The notes under the pieces are model-generated. The model saw nothing but the letters and a program-made list of their open reading frames with translations. It did no database searches and was not told where the DNA came from. Positions 26,746 to 40,500 of a stretch of DNA of 59,426 nt are shown here, in pieces; position 1 is the stretch's first letter; each line of letters starts with the position of its first letter. The translations under genes were made by a program, and so were the position numbers. Origin of the DNA: Spizellomyces punctatus DAOM BR117 (Eukaryota); NCBI GenBank assembly GCA_000182565.2, contig KQ257462.1; one strand, given 5' to 3'.

Positions 26746-29263
26746 ATGGCAGAGTTCCTGGTATGTTCATGTGCTTAAGTAGAAGCGCCTTTTATTGCGT
26801 GAACAATGAGTGTTAATGTCTATCATACAAAACAGGGCATGGACGTTCGCCTCTACCTCAACAATGGTCTCCTTGTGGATGGTCGGGTGGCGAACATTGA
26901 CCAGCGGACGCAGCTGCTCACTCTCTTAGATGGTGGGTAACCGAAAACGCGTTTGCGTCTGGGAAACGTATTGCACTATTCTCCGCTAACACGGCATATT
27001 TCTCAGCGAGTACGGTTATCAATGGGGTTCAACAGAGATTTCCATCCTATCCAGTTCCAGGACAGGACATCAAAGATCTGCAGATATTACCCCTTTCGGC
27101 GCCGCCTCCTCCGGAGCCTCCTCTTCCAACACCACCTCAACCACACCATCATTATTCTCCCACTCCCAACGCCGTACATCCTTATCCGCCACAAATCCAG
27201 CATTCTCTCTCAAATCAAAGCTCCACCATAGAGCCGCCTCGTGCAGGACAGCTCCCTCAACCGCCTCAAAGTCTCCTCCATCCACAACACCCTTCATATC
27301 AACATGTGCAGCAAGTAGAACTGCCAAAAAGACCCGAAGTCCAGCCACCCGCTACCAGGGCCTTTCCTTCCAATTTTATTGATCCAGCCATTGTCTCGGT
27401 GCGCAGACATTTCAGTTTTCTTAGTTTCCATCTTTTTGTAACATGAACTCATGTTCTCTGATGGATTCAGTTGTCACAAGCCGCTCCTTCGCAACAAAAT
27501 CTTACGAGAAAAGCTTCTCATGGAGTCTTAGATACGCCGCCTACGGTGCATAGAAGTCCCTCCCTACAGACACCACCTAGGATTGATAAGACTCCGTCTC
27601 AGGGTTCCTTGGATAGACGTTCTCAAGGGGTATGTATATGAATGGAAGCTTCTGTGTGTACGGCGGTCGGTAATGATTCATGTCCCAGCATGCGATAAAC
27701 ACCCACAAGCAAGCCCCATTCTCACCTCCAGCAGCAGCCATAACAGTCACCGAGAGCGAATTTGATGACGAGGAAGTGGATTTCTCGGATTTTACTGGGC
27801 TCAATATACAAGATTCCCCTGCTGCTAGGGTCAATGGACGTGCTAAGGGCACTGCGGCTCGCAAAGATGGGAACCGCGTGCGGACTTCCGGAAAGCAACA
27901 GGGGCGTCTCCGCCATGAGAGTCAGTCTCCAGGTACTGTCTTGCATCATCGTTAGTGGTTATCGCATATTGCTTACGCATATTTATTTAGGCACTCGCAG
28001 TCGCAAAGGTCGACGAGGGGAGACCTTTGCAGGAGATGTGTCAAATTTCTCGGACGACTTTGACTTCCAAGCCGGATTGTCGCAATTTGACAAACATCGG
28101 GTATTTGCAGAGATCCGACAAGCGGATTCCACTGCACCAGAAACGCTCCTGGTGAATTTGAATCGCACGCGTAATCAGGTGCCCGGCATGCAAAAATTGG
28201 GAATTCGTGACATGGTACTAGATTCCCTGGTGCCAAGCGGCGACGAAACTGGAAATGATGCGGAAGTTGAGAGTGATAATGACAGTGATGGATTGATGAT
28301 ACAGGGGGGTCTAACCGCTGAGATGGGCATTCTGAGAGATGCCGCGCTGGTGGGAAGGAGAAGACTGTGCAAAACCATCAGCGGAGTCATCGTGCCAAGC
28401 GTAACGCCAGCGGAGATGATTGAAATTGAGCGAATCGCTGCGTCTGAAACTGGACCTAGCGATGAACAGATGATCGAGAACGGCGGCCGCGGGGCGGCAA
28501 TGATGGTGTTGCAGGCTTTGGGGGGTAACCGACGGATCAAACCTGGCAATCACAATGATGGTCCGGTCGTGGTTGTTCTCGTGGGGAATAACAAACTCGG
28601 TGCCTTTGGACTGTGTGCTGCACGACATCTCGCCAATCACGAGTGCAATGTCATCGTTTCCGCAGTCGGCAGTGATGCCGAACTTGTCAACGCCGTTGCT
28701 ACCCAGCAGAAAATTTATTTGCCAACAGGGGGGAAGCTCACAAGAGGTGTTGTTGATCTACCCCACCCGTCATCACAGCCAGTCGACTTGATCATTGATG
28801 CCTTGTTTGGGAGCTATCAGACACTGCTGGATTTGAGCGAGCACGATAAGAGTCTTGTGTGCGATTTGATGAAGTGGGCGAACGACAATAAGGCAAATGT
28901 GCTCAGTCTGGATGTGGCGAGTGGCGTGAATGGTCTGACTGGTAAGTTGATGTTTGTCTTTGGATATCCCACCAGTTGCTCATATGTCTATTCCTTGTTG
29001 TGACCAAAGGCTTGCCAATGTCGCCAGCACATTATGTAAGACCGAAGTGGACATTAGCTCTTGGACTTCCTAAATCAGGCCATCTCCGTGCGTCGCGCGA
29101 GATAACAGGCGAATTATTCTTGGCAGATCTTGGAATTCCACGGGTGGTGTTTCAAAAGGTGAACAAGAGCGTTGCAGCTGGTCGCGTCAAGTACATCCCT
29201 CCATTTGGGGATAAATTTCTGGTTGGACTCGAGGTTGTCGATGGACCAACCAATGCGGTATAA
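26746..29263 (+). CDS. EDC3: Enhancer of mRNA decapping 3 (LSm + FDF + YjeF_N)
   Basis: MAEFL|GMDVRLYLNNG..VDGRVANID (LSm); DDFDFQAGLSQFDKHRVFAEIR (FDF); QMIENGGRG, LVGNNKLGA, DLIIDALFG, TLALGLPK, LFLADLGIP (YjeF_N). Confidence 0.92.
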
Positions 29264-29394
29264 TGCTGTGGTAGAGGGAATTGTAACTCACATAATTTTG
29301 GCACCAATGACTTGGCTGTAATAACCTAACAGAGAAATCCCTCCATCGTTACTCTCATGTACATCTGTGGCATCCAAATATTCACCATGTGAGA

Positions 29395-30731
29395 CTATAT
29401 TAACCGCCCCATTCGTCCAGCCCACGATGTTCGTCCATCAACTTCCTTTCTCAACTTTTCGTACTTTTGTTCATCGAATCCTTTTCGTCGCATCAAGCGC
29501 CTTCGAAAAGTTGTACGTAGCCACGATGCAATATTGGAGTAATCTGGCTCGCGTCGCATGCTGACGTAGAGAACAGCAGAGAAAATCATTGTTGCTACCG
29601 TCACTAGATATGAAACGGGCTCTGGGAAAGAATATGTACGTTAAACGAAGTAACATGAAGGTTCCACTCAAATCAAATCAGCCCTTACCCATCAAATCCC
29701 AACCCAGCTTTTCAAAAAAGTGCAACAAAACGGTCGTTGGTGTGTCAGAAGGTAGCGTAAAACACCCAAAGACAAGCTTACCTGTTGTGTGAGGAAGACG
29801 ATTGTTCCAAGTTGCCCGCACACATAGGTTAATCCTGCATACTTGAGGAAAGCGACTCTTTTATTGACTCCCTTTTCTATTGTCGACATCATCTCATCCA
29901 AACCCATCAACTCTGCTCTCATTTTTGTCAATCGGACTTCTGTTTCCTTCAATTGGCTTCTCATTTCCCTCTTATCTACCATGAGATGTATTCTTGGCCC
30001 AATCTGGATATGATAGCTCCCCTTCACGAATTCGTCGAGGGACATTTGGTCGGGTTGATCGACACATGAGCGGTCGCCCTTCACTGCTTGAGGTACACCA
30101 AGTTCGGGGTACTCTTCTCTCAAATGTGCGAGAACATCCGATATTGTTTCTGTTGGAGAAATGAAGAAGATGCAAGTTTCTTTCTTGGAAGGGGACAATG
30201 CAGGACTTGAACTTTGCAATGTGGATGGAGCCTGTGGATCGGTAGGTGCTACATCGATGTATTGGGAAGTTTTACTATGGCATTTCAGATTGCTGGAAAT
30301 GGGTCGAGGAATGGATATGCGGAGCCAGTAAGCTCCGTTGTATTTATGATCGGGGTGGACGGATATGCTTCCCTGGATATCTACAATGGATGTGTGTGCG
30401 GTGAGCTTCTACTCGAAGGGCAAATAAATAGTGCTCACCATACCAGTCGTATCGGAACCTGGAATAGCCATGCCTGAAAAGTTACTGAAAGGGGGCCGAT
30501 AGGGACATGTGCTAGGTGAGAGTGAAAGTGGGCAAAACGGTGCTGGCGATCGGCATTGTCTGGCTGCTTGAAAGCGGTGGGGTCGATGGGATGACAATGG
30601 TCTCATACATTGATGGAGTGGTTGTTGTAATAAGCGGACAGCAGGTGTTTTCAAAAGGACCTCAAGGCCAACAGAATGTAAGTTGAGAGGCGTATTTAGT
30701 ACACCAATTCGTCGCGATGCACTAACGACAT
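29395..30731 (-). CDS. MCU: Mitochondrial calcium uniporter family protein; start approximate
   Basis: Coiled coil, TM1 (YAGLTYVCGQLGTIVFLT), spliced selectivity filter LGWDLM-EPVSY (DIME motif), TM2, then REPDY...KGFDEQKYEKL; Arg-rich presequence-like N-terminus. Confidence 0.85.
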
Positions 30732-31316
30732 GCAACTGTGATGACAGGGTTAACCGGCGCAAGTCCCCAACGTGTCGCAATTGTCTGCCCCCTACGGGAA
30801 TTAGGGAAACCATGCCAGATTCTAACAAACCAAAGTTGACTTGCGATCAAATCGCATACACGTCAAGAAAAGTGCTTTTCGGATACGCAAGTCCGACGAC
30901 GCGTCAGCATATCATCGACAAGTCTTGACTTTACAAACAAGCAAAACGGCATTGCCCAGTTCATAAAATGCATAAGCTTTATTGCCTTAGGTGTATGGGG
31001 TCTATGTAACATCATTTGCATGATTGGTGTACTTCACTCTATGTATCACAATGTTTTTGGACCAGTCATCAGAGGATCCGTCAAGCGCCGAATTGTGTGC
31101 ACTACGCTGTCGCTTGAAGCCAAGGAGTCGATGCAGTGAGTCTCACCAGCCCTCTCCCATTGTGGCCAACCTCATTTAAAAATTCAACAGCCTTTGAGAG
31201 ACATGGACATGAAAGCGCTCGCATAACTCCATTGCCAGGCAACCAGCGGCACAGTCTGGAGCAACTCAGACGAGCTTATCCCACGTCCATCTCAGCGATC
31301 TTCGTCAAATGCAAAA

Positions 31317-31919
31317 ATGCCTGCAATACCGCTTGCAGTACAGCTGGGAACAGAAGCTTTGTCGATCCTCGCCCTTTATGGCGTTTACACTCAATCGCAG
31401 CACCACTTCCCCCCGGGCCCATATGGCCAAGTAATGGCCGGAGCAACGGCCGGTACCGCTCTTGCTTTAACCGCAATGCCCTTCAATACCCCTATTTTTC
31501 CCGAGACATCTGTCGAGCACCGCGCAGGACTACCCGGTCAAGGCTGGAGAAACGTGGCAAAGGCTGCTTCAGGCTATGCCTGCTTCTTTGCTGTTGCTGA
31601 GGGTCTTCGAACGGGAATCTATAAAGCTCGACTGGTAGACGCATCACGAACGGGAAGTCAGTTACCACCACGCAGTGAGGATCCGCAATGGCATTTGACG
31701 AATTTCTTTGCGGGAGGTGTAGCGGGATTGGCGTATCGTGCGGCGACGTTGCCCTTTTTCAAAGGGCCCTTGGAAAACCCACTGTTGACAAAGAGTGGCG
31801 TGGGGATTCTGATTGGCACATTTGTCGCAATGGGCAGTTTGATGACCGGCTTTGGTTGGGCAGATACCGCATTCAACTTGGAAGTGCATCCTGAAAAATG
31901 GGGCAAGGTTGAACATTGA
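31317..31919 (+). CDS. 200-aa membrane protein resembling a truncated, degenerate mitochondrial carrier
   Basis: Single ORF; AGATAGTALALTAMPFNT and NFFAGGVAGLAYRAATLPFFK resemble carrier odd helices; GYACFFAVAEGLR resembles an even helix. Confidence 0.5.
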   Translation: MPAIPLAVQLGTEALSILALYGVYTQSQHHFPPGPYGQVMAGATAGTALALTAMPFNTPIFPETSVEHRAGLPGQGWRNVAKAASGYACFFAVAEGLRTGIYKARLVDASRTGSQLPPRSEDPQWHLTNFFAGGVAGLAYRAATLPFFKGPLENPLLTKSGVGILIGTFVAMGSLMTGFGWADTAFNLEVHPEKWGKVEH

Positions 31920-32022
31920 CACTTGAGCTTTTCCCACTTAGATAGTTGGCATGTACTATAGCTGCAGCGGGTGGAGCCCACTTTTACCCAAATTATATAC
32001 ATTACATGATTTCAAAGGGTTT

Positions 32023-32957
32023 TTACATTTCAGCTTTAACTCTCTTGACCATTTCGTCCGATTCTCCTTCATAAGGCCGTTTATTCAGACCATTTGGCTC
32101 ACTGCCTGGACCGTGATGGGGACCGCCTGGACCTGGGGGCGCCCAGCCAGGAGGTGGGCCACCGGGGCCCCCTGGAGGAACGCCAAACGGCGGCGGGTGG
32201 GGAAACATTCCAGGCGGTGGTCGTGGGAAGCCTCCCGGAGGCTGTAGGGGGAATGGCCCTGGTCTACCGAACGGGGGAGGCCCTCCCGGTGGAAATCCGG
32301 GTGGAGGCATACCAGGGCCTCCAGGGAAGCCGGGACGGAATGGGGGCCCGAACGGAGGGCCTGGCCGTCCCATGAACGGTGGCCGCATACCGGGAGGTCC
32401 GTTCACTAAATGTGGCGCGTGTGGATTAACACAAAATCAAAATGGTAACGATATGAAAGAGGTGACAACATACTTGCAAAGGGACCACCCATTGGTGCCA
32501 TCGTATTGAAATCTATATTCCAAAAGAATTGAATGATGTGCAGTTAGATAATCCACCTCATGCCCGACTCTCGAACGCAATGTCGCCATTCCAGTAAACA
32601 AGCTAGCATTTACCTGGAGCGCCTGGAAGTCCTGCGTATGCGGCAGTGAGTTTGTCGACTATCTGCTGTACGTGATCTTGGTCAAGGCCTGCATTGAGAA
32701 TAGCCACATGTGTTAAGTCTTCCAGCCAATTTCGAAAATCATAACCGCAGCCAAGTACCTGAATAGTAGTTTTGCACGTGCATTCTGTGTTTCCAACCCG
32801 CATTATGTGCTTTTCGGACAGAGGGCGAGTCGTGGGTCAGGAAGATATCGCAGTAATCTACATTCCCAGTCAGTAAAAAATATATCAGAAAAGATGCCTG
32901 AAAAGAGAAATCGGCTCCTTCGCACAAGTCTAACTCACCACAATAGTATTTTGGCAT
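32023..32957 (-). CDS. SNRPC: U1 snRNP protein C
   Basis: [30 protein letters not shown] zinc finger followed by a Pro/Gly-rich tail. Confidence 0.96.
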
Positions 32958-33824
32958 CTTTTAAACGTCTATATGGGATCAATGCCAAGATGACGATCCC
33001 CGATCTCAGCTCTTGGAAGGCGAGTCAACCTCCTTCTTGCTTGCTGCTGGCGGTTGGATGTGTCATGCTGTCACGTGAGCACCATGGTTACCACAGCCAG
33101 TGCGTTGAACTGGATTCGGACTTTATCCTAAACTAGGATTCAATGTCGTTATTAGGTTCTCAGATGTGCTATTCGTACGGATCCTTTTCTTCACTAGCTG
33201 ACAGCTGACGCTTTCCAGAGTATCAAAACTCATGGTCGAAAATCTTGCAACTTTATGGTCGATACTATGAACCATGACGAAGTGTTACAGGCAACAGGCG
33301 GTTTAAGTATCATGTCTTTGGAGTGTCTATAGGCGTCCATAGCTGTTTCTAGGCATTACTCTTCTTTTACGCCAAGGTGATCATGCCAAACTCATCACAA
33401 CAAGATGCTGAAATGCTACAACTGGTGCTTCCAGAAGCCCTCTGCGCATGGAAGCGGAAGCCAACACACCGCTCATGTACGTAGGAGGAACCAAGAAGGA
33501 AACAATATCCATCTAACTCCCTTCAACAGGTCCATGTACTTGTGGTTGCGATTTGAATCGCGAGTTGTCGAGCAAGATGATCAACTAGGCTCCAACTGAC
33601 AAAGCAGTAGGCTCAAGCCATCAATGCAATTTAGCCACAAAGAGTTTAATATATCACGTGTGCGCAGACCGTCACGCGAGTGACACACTGTTCGCGTCCG
33701 TCCACAACTGTCCCGTCTGCGCTCTCGCTGTTGTTGTTGTTGACCTTTTTGCTCAACGCCATTTCGTTTCCATCTCATCGGCATTACATTTGCACACTGC
33801 ACCATATCATATTTTCCTTTGACC

Positions 33825-36800
33825 ATGTCGCTCTCAATCTTGTTTCCGCGACCATATAGTCGAATGATTGCGTCATACGCATTTAGAAGGTCACCATCCT
33901 GTTGGCCGTTGTCTCAAGTTTCTGTTCAAAAGTCTAGAGGGCTTGCCAGTTTGGCCAATTTGGGTCCCATTATCGAGAACACAGTAGATGTAAACTCGCC
34001 CGAGTTCAAGGTTTGGTGTTTACGAATGCGTCTCAGGTTCAGTAACACACGCTCATAGCTTGTGGAATGTAGGAAAACGCTGCTGCCCAGGATGCTCTGG
34101 TAGAACAGCTTCGTCAAGAGGTGGACAAGATAAAACGAGGTATTCAGGAATTACCTCGCTGCACTTTGCTACATTGAAACCCGCAACATGCTTACGCGTT
34201 TACCTACGTTGGTAAAGGGGGCGGCGAAGAGGCACGCAAGAGACACCTTTCTCGAAAGAAGCTTCTCCCTCGCGACCGTATTGACACCTTGCTGGATCCA
34301 GGGTAAGTCTCGCTGGTGGCAAACATTGGAATCAATATCAAGTCGACCTGGACATGGACCGGCCTCCTTATGATTCTTCTATCAGGTCTCCTTTTCTGGA
34401 ATTATCGCAATTTGCTGGTCAGTACGCAAACATAACATCCAATTGGAAAAGCATGTCGTGATATTCATTTTCCAACTCGTAGGGTACAAGCTCTACGACG
34501 ACGATGTGCCGGCCGGCGGTATTATCACGGGTATTGGACGTGTAAGCGGGTATGTGCTCGTCGACCAAACAGCAGTGCTGTTACCAGCATGCATATCTAA
34601 TCCATGTGTGTCCGAATTGATGTTCTCAGGGTAGAGTGTGTCATTGTTGCCAATGGTGAGGGATGACAACTCGATGGTTATCTTGAAACGTAATGACTAA
34701 CGGACAGACACTGGATCACCTTGTTAGACTCGACTGTAAAAGGGGGAACCTACTATCCTGTACGTGTGCAAGCCTTGAGCCACCATGTCCCCATTACCCT
34801 GTCTAAACCTAACATGCTTTGCATAGATCACTGTCAAAAAACATCTCAGGGCTCAAGAGATCGCCAGAGAAAATAACTTGCCTTGCATTTACCTAGGTAA
34901 GCCGCTTGGACGTGTTGCATATTGTGCAGATGGTTCAAGCAGATTCTAAACCTTCCGATATCGAATAGTTGATTCTGGAGGTGCCAATTTGCCAAGACAG
35001 GCCGACGTTTTTCCAGATCGAGAACACTTTGGAAGAATCTTCTATAACCAGGCTACAATGTCGGGAGGTCGGTTGGACCATATATGGCGGACTTGACAAG
35101 ACACTCTACTAACGATTCGTTATTCATTGTATGCAGCTGGAATCCCGCAGGTATGTTTATTACTGGTATAGTGGTGGCCAAGGACGTTTTCTGATGCCTT
35201 TTACATGCAGATCGCGATTGTACTAGGGTCATGCACTGCTGGTGAGCACGCTTCTCACTATATCCCGCTTGGGGGTTATAACAATTGATGTCTGTCTGCA
35301 GGAGGGGCATATGTGCCGGCTATGGCAGGTAATGCGGCGAACACTGCTAGGGTTTTCCGTCGCCCATCTGATTTCCCTTTCTCATGTTATGTAGACGAAA
35401 GTGTGATTGTCAAGAATCAAGGAACCATCTTCTTAGCAGGACCACCAGTACGCTCCATCCTTTCGTTTGATCTTTGTGGTGGATGACTAATTGAGCTTTC
35501 AATGCAGCTTGTCAAAGCCGCCACAGGAGAGGTGGTTTCTGGGGAAGAGCTGGGTGGTGCAGACTTGCACTGCAAGGTGGGTTTCAGTGCCATGTTCCCT
35601 GGAGATGTAGCTGTTGGAATTCTGACTCATTTGTTTGTAGACGTCAGGAGTTACAGATTACTATGCGCATTCCGATGAACATGCTTTGAATCTCGGACGG
35701 CAGATTGTAGCGAATTTGAATTATCAAAGAAATCCCAAGGTAACTGCCTCAACTCAGAATTAGTCAAGTAGCTTGTGTTTTTGTTTATTTTTATTCGCGT
35801 GGTAGGTCACATTAACTGAGCCTGAAGCACCCCTCTACCCGCCGTCTGAAATTGGTGGTATTGTTGGCGATAATCTTCGCAAGCCATTCGACATGAAACA
35901 GGTGATTGCCCGTATTGTCGACGGAAGCCGGTTCAGCGAATTCAAAGAATTTTATGGCACAAGCTTGATCACCGGTAACGACGGAATCCTTTGTTTATAG
36001 CACAGTAATCCGTCTCACTCATTGCTTTTTAGGTTTTGCGCGCATTCACGGTTTTCCCGTTGGAATTGTGGCCAACAATGGAATCCTTTTTTCAGAGTCC
36101 TCCTTGAAGGGGGCACATTTTGTTCAACTTTGCAGTCAGCGGAATATTCCGCTCGTTTTCCTGCAGAACATCACAGGTTTTTTCCAACATGAATTGGCAA
36201 TGTAGAAACCGGTGCTCATATGTTGCTTTAGGATTCATGGTCGGAAAGAACGCTGAAGCTGGTGAGTACCCCGAGCGGCCCAATTTACTACAAGAAGGTT
36301 CACTTCATGGTCAATTGCTCCATAGGTGGCATTGCAAAGAATGGAGCAAAATTCGTGACGGCTGTCGCATGCGCAAACGTGCCCAAGTTTACGGTACGTT
36401 AAGAGAATGCATCAGCTTATGGCAATATTGACTGACATTGATAATTAGATTTTATGTGGAGGTTCCTTTGGTGCAGGTAAAGCCAGACTACATGTTAGAA
36501 AAGGGCATTCGGACACTTGAACTCTTATAACAACCCAGGCAATTACGGCATGTGTGGGCGTGCCTACAGTCCGCGATTCCTATGGACATGGCCTAATTGT
36601 AGGTTGACGTGCACGGATTGACATTTTACCTCAGTGACTGATCTCGAGCTCGTTTTACCGTTCATAGCCCGTATAAGCGTCATGGGAGGCGAACAAGCGG
36701 CCAATGTACTCGCGCAAGGTACCACTGCTCAATTCCAGCCTGGAAGATGCCTTTGTGCAGAGATTCCTGCTAACCACTTGTTCCTTGCACCCAGTTACTC

Positions 36801-37270
36801 GTGATAATAAAGAGAAGAAGGGACAAACGGTAACGTGGCTTTTTCCAACTGCTGCACTATATAGTGTACATCCTCTGAAGGCTCTTTTGTTTAGTGGTCT
36901 GCTGAGGACGAGGAGGCATTTAAAAGGCCTATTCGTGACCGTTACGAAGCGGAAGGACATCCTTACTTTGCAAGGTACGTTTCGCTTTGCTTTTTAGTGA
37001 CGCGGAGAAAAGAATCCGCAATTGGATCCCAAAACTGATGATCAAATCTGTCTCCCATCTCGTCAAAACAATTTGCAGTGCCAGGTATATGTTCTCCAAT
37101 GACTTTTATTTATGATCGATAAGCAATAGCATAACGCAGCAATTCTCAACAGGTTATGGGACGACGGCATTATTACGCCTTCATCCACCCGTGATGTTTT
37201 GGGGTTGGGGCTGAGTGTCGCACTGGGTTCACATGTTGGAGGAACCCGCTTTGGGGTGTTTAGAATGTAG
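33825..37270 (+). CDS. MCCC2: 3-methylcrotonyl-CoA carboxylase beta subunit (26 exons by manual assembly)
   Basis: [111 protein letters not shown]. Confidence 0.96.
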
Positions 37271-37532
37271 AATGACAAACCGTTTACAAGTAGATGGACT
37301 ATCCGATAGTCTGCATTCTTGTCGTTTTCCACGGCCGTGGGTGTTCAAAAAAAAAAGTGTTCCAAAAGACGAAACTCTCCGCCCGTTCAAAGGTGGCACA
37401 GGCAAAAACCGTAAGTTCTTTGGCATCAGAAGGGTCGCGTTTTAGAAATTGTTGAACCGCGCACTTGCTGGAGGGGCTGGGTGTGAAATCTTTGGGACTT
37501 GCCCCATTTCGACCAAACGATTTCAAGAGACA

Positions 37533-40500
37533 ATGGGGGGCAAGAAAACAGACGAGCGAAAAGTCAAGGACAAGAAGCGTTCTTTTTTCAAGTCTATATT
37601 TGGTCACAACACCTCATCAACGTCACCCTCACTCGCCAATTCACCACCTGCTGATTCTCCACTGTCACTTGGCCCCAAACCAACATATGGACAGCAACGG
37701 CCTCAGTCGTATCAACCCGGTAAGCCGAATATCCGACGAACAGACGACTTTAATGCTCCACCGCAAGACTCAGTAAGACCCGGTGCATGGAACCCGCCAC
37801 AGCAGCTCCTCAGCCAGCCTGAAAAAGGAGTCCACAAATCTCGAAGCCATGGGGAGCTAGCACCTTTCGGAGACAGCGGACGGGTGTCGCGGGGGCCTTC
37901 CACAAAGTCTGAGCCCCCTCCTGGGCTTATGGAGAGCACCCGTCCACTTGGTTTGCCTGTTCTTGTGCATTCTGGGAAAGACGATTCTGGAGTGTCATTA
38001 GAACTCTATTTCGAGGAACATTGTCCCTCTGTACCATCACCACCGTCCTCCAGCCCCACAACTCCCATCGCCAACACTCACACCCCTGTCCTCCGCATCG
38101 CGGCCACCTCCTCCCGGTTGAACGGAATACTCCGGATCACAAACACTCGGAAAGACTTTGTAAGCTCACGCCTCAGTATTGTTCTGTTTACAGGACAGGG
38201 TCGAACGGGCTTGAGTGTCATGGACCCGGAGGCACCATCTGCAGCTGGACTGCACACTCGACCGATCGCGAGAAGTGCGGCATATGTTTGGAAAGAGCCG
38301 GTGCAAGTAGGAGTCGGAACTCACGACTTTCCGTTTACACTGCCACTGTCAACTGGCCTGCCACAAACATTACAGACCTTCTCTCCCGGACATGCGAACC
38401 GCCTTGACGTTAGTCATGTGCTGTTTGTTAAACTCCGGCGTAGTGAGCAGCCTCATATGGTGTGCCGAACCGATTTGGGAATTCAGAGATGTGCCCCAGA
38501 GGACCGTCGGGTCGTGAGTGAGCGGCGAATGAGGACTGAGACAGGTGTCATCGCTGACGGTGAGTTCTTGACATTGACGGGGGTTTTCTTTCCATTGCTC
38601 ATTTCCTTTTTCTTCTGGGTGGTAGGGCTCATCATGTTCCGAGCGGAAGCTGTAGATATCTGTGATGTGGATAATCCTTTCATGGAAGCGCACTTCCAAG
38701 CTACTCGAAGTAGTGCCCCCGATAATTGCGTCATAATAGAAGCAGTCGAGTGTCAGTGGAGGGAGAAGATCTTTATGCGGAGCAGCGGACCTGGAAATTT
38801 TACGCGGCTAGACAGACCTCTCCATACACCCCTTCGCCGTCACCTCTCTCATAGTGCACCCGATGCTCTATTGCGTTTTACACCATCGTTGAGTGTCCTG
38901 GTGCAACCCGATGGAGACTTTGATAGTATCAAAGTTTCCCACGAGCTTACATTTACCGTCGATTACTTCACAACGCCATTGGATGTCGAGCCAAAGAAAG
39001 AGATGGTAATTTTGCCGGCGCGGTTCTTGGCGCTGTTTGGAAAGCCGACGGACACCTCTACTCCTGTGAACCACTTTTTGCGGGAAAGATTAAACTCACA
39101 AGGAGCATTGATGGGCCCCCAGATTCTTCCGGCTAGCGTGCAGGATCAGACATCCGGACGAATTGACCTGGACAGAGGCATGCAACAATTGAGCATTGCG
39201 CCCCCCGTTAGTCTGCCTCAACCTGCGATGTCTCAGCCCGCGCCGAGGTCACAACCCGTGGCTGGGGAACGGTATCGGTCACAGCATTCGTTTCAAGCGA
39301 CAGAAGCGGACGAGATTACACTGTCAGAGGGAGACGTGGTGATTATCTGGGAATCGTTCGACGATGGATGGGCGTCAGGACAAAACTTGACAACGGCGGC
39401 CTCTGGTTTCTTCCCCTTGAATGCCTTAGGGGAGGATGCGTGGAAGAAATCGGAAGCATTTGCTGCAGGCCTCCTTGCACCTCCCTTGGAGAATGGTGGA
39501 AAGTTGACTGTATGTCGACGAAAGACATCCAAATACTCCAATCCGCTGAGACAGGCAGATCTATTTGGCGGAGCTGAGGCGAATGCAGAGTATGAAAGAC
39601 TCAGAGCTGGGAAGCCAAGGGGTGGATTGGATTCCGGTGTAAGCCAATTAGGAGAGAGCGCACAGAGAAACAAAAACGACCTCATTGCCCCCAGTGCCGA
39701 AATCCCATCATCGGGTGAACCTCTAGGTTTGCAAATATCAGTGCCCAGTAGCTCACAAGCCTATTCTTCTGTTCCATCAACATTTTATGAACCTCCTTAT
39801 CAACCCACACCTACCTATTCGTCATCATCAACCCCGTATGGCCAACAGAGCGCAGCGTACGCAGACCCTATTCACCCAAGCACCCCCCCAATTCTCGATC
39901 CACGTTTACGACCCATGTCTTCCATCGCAGCGTTACCGCCCTGGGATGCTGCCACCCGAACAGATCCAGGTACTTCCATTCCCCGGCAACGCCCTAGGAC
40001 GCCGAAAGGTCCCCGAGGACCCGCACCTCTCCGATCTTTCTCGCTTGACGATATGGAGGAAGACGGTAAAGATGAGCAAAGCAAGCTGGAGTCAACGATG
40101 CTGTCATCCAGCATACCTTCCTCTGGGTTTCCCAATAGTGCGGCGAGTGTTGGCGGCATGGGGATCGCCGGAGACGTTCGACCAAAGTTTCAGGTCGTGC
40201 GAGGATTTGTCCCGCAGCAAAAGGGGCAAGTGGAAGTACGTTATGGAAATGTGGTGGTAGTAGAGTAAGTGTTCATTGCTTGAATGATGTGGATTCATGG
40301 ACATGCGTCTTATATAACTTGCGTTTGTCATAGGGAATCATATGCCAATGGCTGGTGCTTAGGAACGAATCTTGCCACAGGTCAAAGAGGTCGATTTCCT
40401 ACTAGCGCTTTGGATATTCAGCCTCGATCCTCTACTCCGCTTGCTCCCGTCAGTGACCCGTCATACGGCGTAGGTTACGGGTATGGTCAGAGCGGTATGG

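Noticed and set aside
32023-32406. GC-rich repetitive stretch
   Set aside because: It encodes the Pro/Gly-rich tail of U1C; it is not a DNA repeat or array.
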